Shown: positions 17,781 to 27,410 of the stretch, piece after piece
Layout of the letters: each line of letters begins with the position of its first letter
How positions within the stretch are numbered: position 1 is the first letter of the stretch
IMG/VR virus record: IMGVR_UViG_3300021082_000014
Coordinates: 1-42,692 of that record
Direction: 5' to 3' (one strand)
Length of the DNA: 42,692 nucleotides
Origin: a virus
Taxonomy: Duplodnaviria; Caudoviricetes
Made by a program: the position numbers and the translations under genes
The notes under the pieces: generated by a model
What the model saw: only the letters and a program-made list of their open reading frames with translations
Databases searched by the model: none
What the model was told of the DNA's origin: nothing

Positions 17781-19372
17781 CAGACCGTGATGGTTACCGT
17801 CCGTGGGGGTGGGCTGGCGAAGGCGGGGTTCTGCCAGGTCGTACCAGGCGCGGGGGTCTGGCCGCCGGCCCAGGGGTTGCCGACGCCCTCGGTGCCGCGC
17901 GAGGTCATGACCGGCGGCGGACTGGCGAAGGCCTGGGCCGGGACGGGCGCCGCGACCGCGGGGGCCGCTGCGGCACCACCCATGGCCGCCGCAGGCGCTG
18001 CGGCAGGCGGGCTGGCCACGCCCGTCGCGGGGGTCGTGGCCGCCGCCGCCCCAGCGGCCGCCGCCGCGGGGTGGTCCTGGCCCGTCAGGGCCTTGTAGCG
18101 CTCCAGCATCTGGCCCAGGACGCCGTAGGCCGCCTGGCCCTGGGGGCTCTGGATGTCGCCGCCGGCGCGCTTGACCATGTTCGCCGCGGCGTCATAAACC
18201 TGCTGCCCGCCGCCCAGGGCGGCGGTGTAGTCCCCGATGCCGCTCAGCATCTGGCTGGCGTCGAAGCCCGCGGGCATGGCGTGTAGGCCGCCGCCCAGGG
18301 GGCCGAACTTGCCGCTGCTGCTCTGGCCCTGGCCAGCCAGGCCCAGGACGTTGTTGAGCATGCCCTGCGCGGTCTGGACGCGCTGGTTGATCAGGGAGGC
18401 GCCGGTCGTACCCGCCTGGCTCTGGGCCGTCCGTTCGGCGCTGTAGACGCCGCTGGCGGCATTGATGGCGCTGGTCCGCTCCGCCGTCTCGGCCGTCTGC
18501 TTGGTCTCGGCCGCCCGCTGGGCGGCATCGGCCTTGGCCTGCTGCTCGCGGGCCTGGTTGGAACGCACCGTCTCGGCGCCACTCGCCTCGGTCGCCTTGA
18601 GTTGGCCTTGCTGGACGCCAAGCTGGCCCTGCTGGACCTCGTTGGTCTGCCGCTGGGTCAGGCCCTGCAGCGCAAGCTGGTCCGACGCAAGCTGGCGGTT
18701 GAGGTCGTCGCGCTCCTTGTCGTAGGCCAGTTGGGCCGCGCGCAGGTCGGCGTCGGAGGCGTTCTTGTTCTCGTCGAGCGACAGGCGAAGCTCAGCAATC
18801 TTGGCGTTGTGGGCCGCCGTCGACGCCGCGGTGGCGGCGTTCTGGGCGGCGATCTGGTTGCTGACGTTGGCCGTCTTGTTGTTGTCGCCGGCGATCTTGA
18901 GCGCGTTGTCGATCTGCTCTTTGGTCTGCCCCTGGTCGCGCAGCTTCGCGTCCATGGTGGCGATTTCTTCGTCGGTCAGGTACAGCCCGCGCTTGGCAAC
19001 GTTCCCCTGACGGTTGGCGTCGAGGTCCTGCAGGGCCTTCAGTTCCTGGCGCGATTTGGCCGCTGCCGCCTGGGCCTGCTCCGCCTGGCCCTGGTTGGCC
19101 GCCGCAACCGAGGGCGTCTCGCCGGCGGGCTTCTCGCCCTTGCCCGCGTCGATCAGGTTGAAGTCGATGACCCCGCCGGTCAGGGGACCCGCGTTGCCCT
19201 GCGACTCCAGGGTGATCGTGCGGCGCGTGCCGTCCGACTCCTCGATGACGGCCGTGTACTGGGTGCCGCCGGGCAGGGCCTGCCCGGTCAGTTCGTCCTT
19301 CTTGCTCGTCGGCTCCCCGATGAGCTTCGCGCCAGGGAACTTCTGGGCAATCAGATCATCAATGACGGGCAT
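17780..19372 (-). CDS. Putative internal virion (ejection) protein with long coiled coil
   Basis: Ala/Gln-rich heptads, Ala/Pro-rich tail, no Cys. Confidence 0.55.
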   Translation of the reverse strand: MPVIDDLIAQKFPGAKLIGEPTSKKDELTGQALPGGTQYTAVIEESDGTRRTITLESQGNAGPLTGGVIDFNLIDAGKGEKPAGETPSVAAANQGQAEQAQAAAAKSRQELKALQDLDANRQGNVAKRGLYLTDEEIATMDAKLRDQGQTKEQIDNALKIAGDNNKTANVSNQIAAQNAATAASTAAHNAKIAELRLSLDENKNASDADLRAAQLAYDKERDDLNRQLASDQLALQGLTQRQTNEVQQGQLGVQQGQLKATEASGAETVRSNQAREQQAKADAAQRAAETKQTAETAERTSAINAASGVYSAERTAQSQAGTTGASLINQRVQTAQGMLNNVLGLAGQGQSSSGKFGPLGGGLHAMPAGFDASQMLSGIGDYTAALGGGQQVYDAAANMVKRAGGDIQSPQGQAAYGVLGQMLERYKALTGQDHPAAAAAGAAAATTPATGVASPPAAAPAAAMGGAAAAPAVAAPVPAQAFASPPPVMTSRGTEGVGNPWAGGQTPAPGTTWQNPAFASPPPRTVTITV

Positions 19373-22300
19373 CAGCGGCTCCCGGTGGTCAGTGTAGGCG
19401 CCACCAGGCGGCCGGACTCGCGGCGGGCATTGGTCAGCCGCTCACCCCGCTCCTTATCACCCACCGACGCCGACCAGGCGGTGTAATTGCGGGTGTTGGC
19501 GCGGTCCAGCAGGCGCACCCAGTAGGCCGCCTTCTGGGCGTCGGTCATCTTCTGGTAGTTCTTGTCGTCGAGGATCTTGGCGTAGTCGCGCACCAGCAGG
19601 CCGCGGGCGGTCGCCACCTGGCGCTGCTCGCGCTCCGTCAACTGGATCTCGCGGCCGTCACGGCTGACCGTCTTGGGGTACTGGTCCCACTGCGGCACGT
19701 CGGTGTAGCCGCGCTGGCGCAGCTTGTTGATCTCGACCTCCAGCGGGCTGACGGTGCGGCTGTTCTGCTTGAGCAGCGCGCCGGCGAAACCTTGCTTCTC
19801 GCGCTCCTCCGGCGCACCGGTGTAGGGGTCGACCCGCGCGGGTAGCTGCTGGCTCAGGATCGGCGTGCGGCTCTGGAACTGCTCCCCGAAGGCGCCGGGT
19901 AGCTCGCGGCTGACGTCGCGCTGGACGGGGTCGATGCCCTGGGCCGCGCTGGCCAGCAGGGCCGGCGAGAAGCGGCTGGTGTAGCTGACGGCCGTCTTGG
20001 CCAGCGCGCCGGGACCGAGGCCCTCAGTGCCGATGGCGTGGGCCAGGTCGACAGCGCTGTTGAGGTAGCTGGCGTCCATCATCACCCGCAGGGTGGCGCT
20101 CAGGGCCGTCTGCTGGACCCGCGGATCGGACCAGTCGATGCCGCTCTTGCCCTGCTTGGCCGTGACGCCCGTGGCCGACTCGTAGATCGCTGCGGGGACC
20201 GCCAGCGGGATCTGGAACGGCCCCCAGCCCTTGTAGTCATACCACTGGCCGCCGATCTTGACGCTGCTGGGCCGCTCAGGGTTGTCGGGCCCGGTGATGT
20301 TGCCCGCGGCGACGTTGCTGATGATGGTCATCGAGACCATGCTCTGGACCAGCATCTCGGCCGCCTCGTGGCTGGCCGTGCGGGCGTCCCCCTTGGCCAG
20401 CCCGCGCGCCAGCTTCCAGCCGTGGATCGCCTCACTCAGCACCGGCGTGCGCTGCAGGCCCAGCTTCCAGATGGCGTCGGGCACCCCACTGAAGGGGACC
20501 AGGGCATCGACCGCGGCGCCCAGGAACTGCATGCCCGGGTTGGTCGAGTTGAGGAAGTTCTGCTTCCAGTCGCTGATCCGCTGGCCCAGCCCCTGGCCGC
20601 CCTCGCTGCTGAAGACGCTGGTCGCGCCGGCCTTCTTACCCGCCTCGAAGATGTCGTCGCTGTTGTGCATGATGACCGCGTCCATCTGCTGCTGGGTCAC
20701 CGCGCCGGCCTCGCGGATCAGCCGCTGGGCCTCCATGGTCGCGCCCATGTTGCCGGCGACGACGCGGAAGAAGTCGTCCGCGGCACCCAGGGCGAGCAGG
20801 AACGGGTGGGCCTTGAGCGTGCTGGGGGCACCCGGCGTGGTGCGGCTGGTGCGGCCGGTCTTGACCGCCTGACGCGCGGCCCGCCAGGCGTCGGGAATGC
20901 TGCCCCCGGCGGCGATCAGGCTCAGCAGAGCATCCTGCTCGCGGCCCTCTACTGCGGCCACCAGGGGCTGTTTCAACATCTCCGTCAACTGGCTGCCGAT
21001 GTTCATGACGTGCGTCCCGAGGGCCGACAGCATGAAGTCCTTGCTGGTGGCGATGAACTCGCCGCCGACGGTGCGACTGGTGTTGGTGCCCGGCTTGGGC
21101 GGGCCCATCTGGTGCGCGGCGAAGTCGAAGGTGGCCCGCAGTTGGGCCAGGTCGGGGCCAGCCCCGCGGGCCAGGCCCATGGCGCCCCGCACGGTGCCAG
21201 GGGCCACACTGCCCGCGAGGGCCCCCAGGATGTCACGGTTGACCCGCCCCAGGGTGTCCTGCTTCTCCTGCTCAGTCATGCTGAACTCGCTGGCGGCCGC
21301 GCCGGCCAGGCCGCCCGCCACCCGCGGCACGTTGCGCGCGAGCAGGCTGGCCAGGCCGCGATTACGCATCGCGCCGGGGGCCACCGCGCCAATGATCGCC
21401 GCCGCGCCCAGCTTCGACAGACGGTTGGGGTCGTTCTCGTCGGTCTCCGCGGCGCCCGCGGCGGCCCCGGCTGCGGCGCCGCCCAGGTACTGCGCGCCGG
21501 GCGCGCGCATGTAGTTATCGACGATCCGCTGACGACCCGGGGCGATGGGTGGCGCACCCTGCGCCCCGCCGATGGTCTCGGCCTCGGGCATCATCTTGGG
21601 CTGGGTCCGCACGATCTGGGTGCCGGCGATCTCGGGCGTCGGGTCGAGGTTGCGGACGGGGATGTCGTTGCCCGCCGCCTTGGCCCGCGCGGCGATCTCC
21701 TCGGCCACCCGCTGCACGCTCCAGCTATCGGGGTTGTCGCGGACCAGGCCCATCCGCTGGGTCAGCTTGCCCGGCGGCTGGTTGAGGTAGATCGCCTGGA
21801 TGTCCTCGACGCGCGGGTCCAGCACCAGCGCCTCGGTGCGGTTGCTCTGCTTGATGGCCGCCTGGTTGAGCGCCCTGGCCTCGCTGGGGTCAATCTTGTT
21901 GGCCGGCTTGCCGACGGTGCGGACGGGATTCATCACGTCGATGGCGGCCAGCCGCGCGGGCTGGATACGCGCGCTCTCGCCGCGCAGCAGGAGCGCGGCA
22001 ATGACGTCGGGGTCGGTCAGGCGGCCACCCTTGATGGCGTTCTGGATGGCCTGCGGCATACCCGCGATGAGCGTCGCCATGCGCATGTCCGCGGCGCCGC
22101 TGGCCCCCACCGCCAGGTCAGTGCTGGCGATCTTGCGACCATCACCGACGTCGACGCCCTCGGCTTCCCAGCCGACCTTGCGCGCGCCCAGCGGGCTGCC
22201 CACGTCGGTCGTGGTCGCCCCGACCAGGCTTTGCTCGCCCTCCCACATCATCTTGCGCAGGCCCTCGGGCGTGCCCTTGACGTGGGCCGGGTAGTCGGGC

Positions 22301-25300
22301 GCGAGCGGGCCGAAGTGGTGGTGGAAGGTCGCCACCATGGGTGTCTCAGGCTTCCACACGATGTACAGCGGCGCGGCCTGGGTCGACACCAGCGGCTCGC
22401 CCGCGCCGATGTAGCCGTACGTCCGCATCAGCGCCCCCGGGTCGACCTGGCCCGTCTGGGGATCGGCCATCTGGGTGCCGCCCGTGAAGGCCACGTCGCT
22501 GCCAGGGCCCTCGCGCAGGGTGAAGTCGCGCGCCCCGGGCATATCCAGCCGCGGCGGCTCGCCGGGCTTCTGGGCGTTGTTGACGATGGCCTGGCTGATG
22601 CGCGCCTGCTGCTCAAAGTCGCCCTGGGTGAACTTGCCCGTGAACTGCCCCCGCCGCGCCAGGGCCAGGCTGGCCAGGTCGCCCTGGCCCGAGATGACGG
22701 TCAGGGTGTCCTGCAACTGGTCCAGGCCGCTATGCCAGATGCGCAGGGCCAGCGCCTGGGCCTGCTGGTTGTCGAGCGCCCCGCCAGCCAGCTTCTGGCC
22801 GATGTAGCCCACCACGCGGCCCTGCAGGCTGGCGATGCGGTTGGGGGTGAGCGCCTCCATGACCTGATGCAGGCTCTCGCGGCTGTAGCGCTCGACGACT
22901 GGCGCCAGGGCCCGCTCCGGCTGATCGGTCGGGATCGCCCGCGCGGCCACACTGAGCGTGTTCTTGGCCGCCTGGATGATCTCGCGGCTGGGGCTAATGG
23001 GGGCCGTCTTGCCCGCCAACTCGGCCGCGGCGATGGCCGCCTGACGCGCCCCGCGCGGGCCCGCCATGAGACCGACCAGGCTGGCTGTTCCGATTTTCAG
23101 ACCACGATTGGGGTCGTTCTCGTCGACGGCAGCTTCTGCGCCAGCGGCCCCAGCGATGGGGCTGGTGAAGGCCGCGGGGCCGCCCTGGTAGGCGTTGCGG
23201 GCCTGGTCCAGCCCCTTCTGGAACAGGATACGAACGTCGTGCTCAACAGGCTGACCAGTGGTTGGGTCGACCATCGGCACCCGCTTGCCACCCTGGTGCT
23301 TGATGCCCGCGTAGCCCATCGCTTCGAGGACTTGATTGGCCTGCGCCTGGGGCGAGACGTCGTAGTTCGAGCCTGGGGCTGACCGCGCAAAAGTGCGCAT
23401 GTAGCCAACCAGGGCCTGCCACACCTTGTCGCCGTTCAGGTTGCCCAGGCCGCCATACGCCCCGGCCTGAGTGCGGACATTGGAAATGAAGCTCTGGGCA
23501 TCCAGCGGGTCACCCAGGAAGTCACCCACCGCCTGGCCAATGGCGTCCAACTGGTCGGGGTCGACCGGCGCATCCATGTCGAACAGCGCCTGGTTGCGCG
23601 GTACGTCCAGGGCGCGCACGTTGGGCCCGGCCGGAATGGCCTGGGTCATCTCGTCGATGTCTTGTTGCAAGTTGTCGATCTGGATCTGGTGCTTGTCGAT
23701 CTCGACGCGAGCGCCCTCGGCCACGCCAGGGTTATCCGGATGCTTGGCCGCCAGGTCGGTCCAGCCTTTCTGCCGCGCCTTCAGGTCATCAATCTGGCGA
23801 CCCTTTTCCGCGACATCGTTGAACTCGGTGGGCGCGCGGTTCTGGGCATAGCCAGGGGCCAGGACATCGCCGCCAGGCTGGTGGGGATACTGCGTCCGCA
23901 GCATCGTCGCCTGACGCTTGTCGCCCTTGGCCATCAAATCGTCGATCTGCTGCTGGATCTCGGGCGGGCGACGCGAGCCCATCTCACTGACCACGCCGCC
24001 CGCCACCCGCGGATCGCTGGTCGTGTACAGCCCGGGGCCGTAGATGTTCTGGCTGCTATCCCGCGCCAGGTCGGCCCGCTCGAAGGTGCTGGACCCGCCG
24101 TGGTACATGCGAACGATGTCCTGGGCCCGCTGCTTGAAGCCCTTGGCCACCTCGACCAGGCGGTCGACGTCAAGCTCACCGCTCTCGTCGACGAGAAAGC
24201 GGGCGATGGGCCCCTGCATGAGGTCCTTGGCGATCTCGCCAATGGGCGCCCGGGCCCACTCCTCGGCCCCGCGCTGGAAGCGTTCGGGGGTCCGCGCGAA
24301 GGCCTGCCCCAGCGGCGTGCGGGCCCAGTCGGCCAGGCCATTGCTGAGGATGCGCGCGGCCGCCGCGGCCGGCGGTTTGAGGTACTGGCCCAGGCCCTCC
24401 AGCGCCGGCGCAGGCATCTTCATGTTGACCAGCAGGCCGATCCAGTCGGCCATCTCGACGCCCGCAATCGGCTTGACGCCAACCAGGCCAGCACCCTTCA
24501 GGCCCGCACTGACGATGCCGCCCGCATCCATCTCGGCCGCCAGGCCCAGGCCGGGGCTGGTGCGGCGAATGACCTCGCCAATGGCGTCGTCGTAGCGGCC
24601 CTCGGCCACCGCGCGGGAGGCGTACTGGATCGCCGGCAGGACGCCACTGCCGGTCTGGGTATTGCGGCCGTATTCATTGATGGCGCGGATGGGGTCCTTG
24701 ACGGCCTCCTCGGGCGTCATCGTCGAGCCCGGCGTGATGCCCTGAAGCTGCTGTCCCAGCGCGCTCCCCGCGCCCTGCACCAGGCCGGCCGCACTGCGTC
24801 CCGCCAGGGCCAGGTTCTTGCCGACCTCGAACGGCGCCGAGGGCGCGTTGTACTGGGCCTGCTGCGGATTGGTCAGGTCGTCGCTGGGTGTGCCCTGGGC
24901 CGTGGACGGACTGCGGAAGCCGGCCTGGAACTGGTCCAGCGGGTTGTCGAAGCTCCTGGGCTTGGCGATGTTGGCGAAGATGTCCTCGCCCGTCTTGGTC
25001 ACCTTGCGGCTGATCTCGTCGGCCTGCTCCTGCAGCAGCATGCGGCGGGTCTCGGCCTCGCTGCGCTGCATGGCCGTCGTGCGGTCGGCATCGGCCTGCA
25101 TGCCGCGCAGCATGGTCTCGCTGTCGCGGAGCCGCTGGCCGGCCTGATCAGCCAGGGTGCGGCTGGTGCTGAGGACGTCATCGACGCCCTGCCGCGCGGC
25201 CGTGCCGACATTGCTCACGCCCTGCTCAATCTGCGGCGCGTAGCGGTCGACAATGCTCTGGATCTTGCCGACGTAGTTGGGGTCGGTCATGTAGCCGCCA

Positions 25301-26553
25301 GCCTTGAGCGCGCTGACGAAGCCCTCGACGGTCTGCTGGCCCTTGGCCGCGGCGTACCGCGGGGCGTTCATGACGAGGTCGGCAAAGTCCTGAAAGCTCT
25401 GGGTCAGGTTGTCGTAGGCGCGGAAGGCGTCACGGATCTGGACCGGGCCCTGGCCATAGTCTTCCCAGGTCCCCGCGTTGATGCTGCCCGCCGGGCCCTG
25501 GCCCTTGATGCCGAACAGGTTGTTGCCCTCAGCGAACTTGCCGAAGCCCGTCTCGTTGGCGGCCATGCCGATCATCGCCGCGGCCGGAATACCCGTGCGG
25601 TCGGCCACCGCCTGAGCAGCCGGCGCGATGCTGCGGATGAACGCCTCGGGGCTGCTGGTGTCCAGCTTGATGTCGGGCACCACACTCGGGTTGGCGCCCT
25701 TGGTCGGCACCGCGGGGTGGTCGGCAAACAGGGCGCCCTGGGCGGCACCCATGGTCCGCTCCATCTCCTGCGGACTCATCCACTCGCTGCCCGCCTTGAG
25801 GTCGCGGCCCGACTGCCCGACGTGGAACTTGCCCGAGGCCTGGTCATACGCATCGGCAAAAAAGTAGTGGCCAGGGGTGGAGATGGTGATCGGGTTGCCA
25901 CTGCTCGCTTCACGGGCGAAGTCATCCCAGCGCGCGCCAGCCACGACGTGGGTGTCGACGCCCATTTGCTTGAGTAGCTGCTGCTGACTGCTGATGCCGG
26001 CCATGCCGCTGTTGGGCGTCCAGCCGTATTGCTTGGCCAGGTCGGTCGCCTCGCGCAGGGTCGGATTGCGGCCGTACATCTGAGCCCACCGCACCGCGGC
26101 CGCGGGCCCGCAGGCCGAGTAGGCCTCCTCGGCTGTCAACTGGTCGTTGCCGAACTGGCTGATGTCCGAGTAAGCGCCCGCGGCAGCCTGGCCCAGTGGG
26201 CTCTGGGCCGCCTGCTGAGCCACGTTGCCGACGGTCTGCTTGGCCTGGTCGACGGCGGCGTTGGCGGTGCTACCAGCTTGCGCCTGGGCCTGGTTGACGT
26301 AGTCCATGAAGCGGTCGCCCATGGACTGCTGGGGAACCTGGGCTTGCTGCGGGGCCAGTTCAGCCTGGCGCTGGTTGACGTAGGCCTGGAACTGGTCGCC
26401 GTAGCTGGTCGCCGCCTGCTGAACGGGATTGACGGCCTGCTGCTGGCCCTGCTTGAGCAGCGCCTCGCCGGCTGACTGGCCCTGCTTGATGTAGTCGTCG
26501 AAGCGGCCCAGCAGGTCCTGCTTGGCGTCGTCTTGGAACAGCCAGCCAGGCAT
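19372..26553 (-). CDS. Giant polyvalent internal virion protein (2393 aa): C39-like peptidase, GH73 glucosaminidase, ADP-ribosyltransferase-like domain, unknown domain, helical C-terminus
   Basis: SACGPAA...GHYFFAD; ANETGFG...NNLFGIKG...FRAYD...GYMTDPNY; YHG...GPGLYTT...GYAGI. Confidence 0.85.
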   Translation of the reverse strand: MPGWLFQDDAKQDLLGRFDDYIKQGQSAGEALLKQGQQQAVNPVQQAATSYGDQFQAYVNQRQAELAPQQAQVPQQSMGDRFMDYVNQAQAQAGSTANAAVDQAKQTVGNVAQQAAQSPLGQAAAGAYSDISQFGNDQLTAEEAYSACGPAAAVRWAQMYGRNPTLREATDLAKQYGWTPNSGMAGISSQQQLLKQMGVDTHVVAGARWDDFAREASSGNPITISTPGHYFFADAYDQASGKFHVGQSGRDLKAGSEWMSPQEMERTMGAAQGALFADHPAVPTKGANPSVVPDIKLDTSSPEAFIRSIAPAAQAVADRTGIPAAAMIGMAANETGFGKFAEGNNLFGIKGQGPAGSINAGTWEDYGQGPVQIRDAFRAYDNLTQSFQDFADLVMNAPRYAAAKGQQTVEGFVSALKAGGYMTDPNYVGKIQSIVDRYAPQIEQGVSNVGTAARQGVDDVLSTSRTLADQAGQRLRDSETMLRGMQADADRTTAMQRSEAETRRMLLQEQADEISRKVTKTGEDIFANIAKPRSFDNPLDQFQAGFRSPSTAQGTPSDDLTNPQQAQYNAPSAPFEVGKNLALAGRSAAGLVQGAGSALGQQLQGITPGSTMTPEEAVKDPIRAINEYGRNTQTGSGVLPAIQYASRAVAEGRYDDAIGEVIRRTSPGLGLAAEMDAGGIVSAGLKGAGLVGVKPIAGVEMADWIGLLVNMKMPAPALEGLGQYLKPPAAAAARILSNGLADWARTPLGQAFARTPERFQRGAEEWARAPIGEIAKDLMQGPIARFLVDESGELDVDRLVEVAKGFKQRAQDIVRMYHGGSSTFERADLARDSSQNIYGPGLYTTSDPRVAGGVVSEMGSRRPPEIQQQIDDLMAKGDKRQATMLRTQYPHQPGGDVLAPGYAQNRAPTEFNDVAEKGRQIDDLKARQKGWTDLAAKHPDNPGVAEGARVEIDKHQIQIDNLQQDIDEMTQAIPAGPNVRALDVPRNQALFDMDAPVDPDQLDAIGQAVGDFLGDPLDAQSFISNVRTQAGAYGGLGNLNGDKVWQALVGYMRTFARSAPGSNYDVSPQAQANQVLEAMGYAGIKHQGGKRVPMVDPTTGQPVEHDVRILFQKGLDQARNAYQGGPAAFTSPIAGAAGAEAAVDENDPNRGLKIGTASLVGLMAGPRGARQAAIAAAELAGKTAPISPSREIIQAAKNTLSVAARAIPTDQPERALAPVVERYSRESLHQVMEALTPNRIASLQGRVVGYIGQKLAGGALDNQQAQALALRIWHSGLDQLQDTLTVISGQGDLASLALARRGQFTGKFTQGDFEQQARISQAIVNNAQKPGEPPRLDMPGARDFTLREGPGSDVAFTGGTQMADPQTGQVDPGALMRTYGYIGAGEPLVSTQAAPLYIVWKPETPMVATFHHHFGPLAPDYPAHVKGTPEGLRKMMWEGEQSLVGATTTDVGSPLGARKVGWEAEGVDVGDGRKIASTDLAVGASGAADMRMATLIAGMPQAIQNAIKGGRLTDPDVIAALLLRGESARIQPARLAAIDVMNPVRTVGKPANKIDPSEARALNQAAIKQSNRTEALVLDPRVEDIQAIYLNQPPGKLTQRMGLVRDNPDSWSVQRVAEEIAARAKAAGNDIPVRNLDPTPEIAGTQIVRTQPKMMPEAETIGGAQGAPPIAPGRQRIVDNYMRAPGAQYLGGAAAGAAAGAAETDENDPNRLSKLGAAAIIGAVAPGAMRNRGLASLLARNVPRVAGGLAGAAASEFSMTEQEKQDTLGRVNRDILGALAGSVAPGTVRGAMGLARGAGPDLAQLRATFDFAAHQMGPPKPGTNTSRTVGGEFIATSKDFMLSALGTHVMNIGSQLTEMLKQPLVAAVEGREQDALLSLIAAGGSIPDAWRAARQAVKTGRTSRTTPGAPSTLKAHPFLLALGAADDFFRVVAGNMGATMEAQRLIREAGAVTQQQMDAVIMHNSDDIFEAGKKAGATSVFSSEGGQGLGQRISDWKQNFLNSTNPGMQFLGAAVDALVPFSGVPDAIWKLGLQRTPVLSEAIHGWKLARGLAKGDARTASHEAAEMLVQSMVSMTIISNVAAGNITGPDNPERPSSVKIGGQWYDYKGWGPFQIPLAVPAAIYESATGVTAKQGKSGIDWSDPRVQQTALSATLRVMMDASYLNSAVDLAHAIGTEGLGPGALAKTAVSYTSRFSPALLASAAQGIDPVQRDVSRELPGAFGEQFQSRTPILSQQLPARVDPYTGAPEEREKQGFAGALLKQNSRTVSPLEVEINKLRQRGYTDVPQWDQYPKTVSRDGREIQLTEREQRQVATARGLLVRDYAKILDDKNYQKMTDAQKAAYWVRLLDRANTRNYTAWSASVGDKERGERLTNARRESGRLVAPTLTTGSR

Positions 26554-27005
26554 CAGACCATCTGCGGCACGGTCGGCACCGTGGGCGGTGGGGGCGCGGG
26601 CATCTCCGGTACGGCGGGCAGCGGTAGCTGGGCCGCGACCTGTGGCTGGGCCACGTCCAGCGCCTGCGGCAGCGGCCCCGGGGGCAACACGGACGGCGCC
26701 TGGATGGCGCTCGCGTCAGGCGGCGGGTGGATCTCCCCGGGGGTGCTGGTCTGGGGCAGGCTGACGCCGATCCGCTCAACCACCTTCAAGAACTGGTCAG
26801 GGTCGCGCTGGGCCTCCTGATGCAGCCACTGGCGGTCGCCGCTCTCGTACTTCTGGCGATAGATGCGGTCGAGAGTAGCGTTGTCGACGCGCGCCATGTC
26901 AGGCCCGCGCGTCGGAAAGATCTGCTTGGCCAACTCCTGGGCGTCGCCGTTGACCTCGCGGGTGACCTCATCCTGAAGCTGCAGGATGTCGTCGTCTTTG
27001 GGCAC
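26553..27005 (-). CDS. Hypothetical protein with Pro-rich C-terminus (150 aa)
   Basis: Coupled ORF between the portal region and the giant gene. Confidence 0.75.
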   Translation of the reverse strand: MPKDDDILQLQDEVTREVNGDAQELAKQIFPTRGPDMARVDNATLDRIYRQKYESGDRQWLHQEAQRDPDQFLKVVERIGVSLPQTSTPGEIHPPPDASAIQAPSVLPPGPLPQALDVAQPQVAAQLPLPAVPEMPAPPPPTVPTVPQMV

Positions 27006-27410
27006 TCAGGGCTCCAGGGCCGTCACCCGCGCGTCGAGGCTGTTGAGCGCCGTGTCCTGCTGGGTGTTCTTGGTCTCGATGGCGCTCAGGCGGTTGTTCT
27101 GGGTGATCTGCTCTGTTTGCAGGGCGGTGATGTTGGTCGCCTGGGTCGCATCGAGGGCCTGAATGGCGGTAATGGCCGTCGTGTTGCTGCCGATGCTGAC
27201 GTCCTGGGCAGTGTCCTTGGCGGCCAGGGTGAGGGCCGTCGCCTCCAGCGCCGTCAGCCGCATCTGGATGGCCCCCAGGTCGACCTGATTGGCCTTCAGG
27301 GCGGCGATGTCGGCCTGGATGGGCACCAGGCTGGCGTCGATCATGGCCTGCACGTCAGCCCCGCTCAGCGGCGCGCCGGCGCCACTCGGGACGTAGCTCT
27401 GCTCAGTCAT
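27006..27410 (-). CDS. Coiled-coil fibre-like protein (134 aa)
   Basis: Heptads with core Asn/Gln (NTTAITAIQ, NITALQ, NNRLSAIE, LDARVTALE). Confidence 0.7.
   Translation of the reverse strand: MTEQSYVPSGAGAPLSGADVQAMIDASLVPIQADIAALKANQVDLGAIQMRLTALEATALTLAAKDTAQDVSIGSNTTAITAIQALDATQATNITALQTEQITQNNRLSAIETKNTQQDTALNSLDARVTALEP

Noticed and set aside
20038-25977. Very long plus-strand ORFs (1114 aa and 771 aa), and many other antisense ORFs across the genome
   Set aside because: They are shadow frames of high-GC minus-strand genes, with no motifs or RBS and a composition that mirrors the antisense codons.
19372-26553. Giant gene as a tape measure protein
   Set aside because: No tail tube, tail chaperone or baseplate genes; it lies upstream of the capsid gene and has enzymatic domains.
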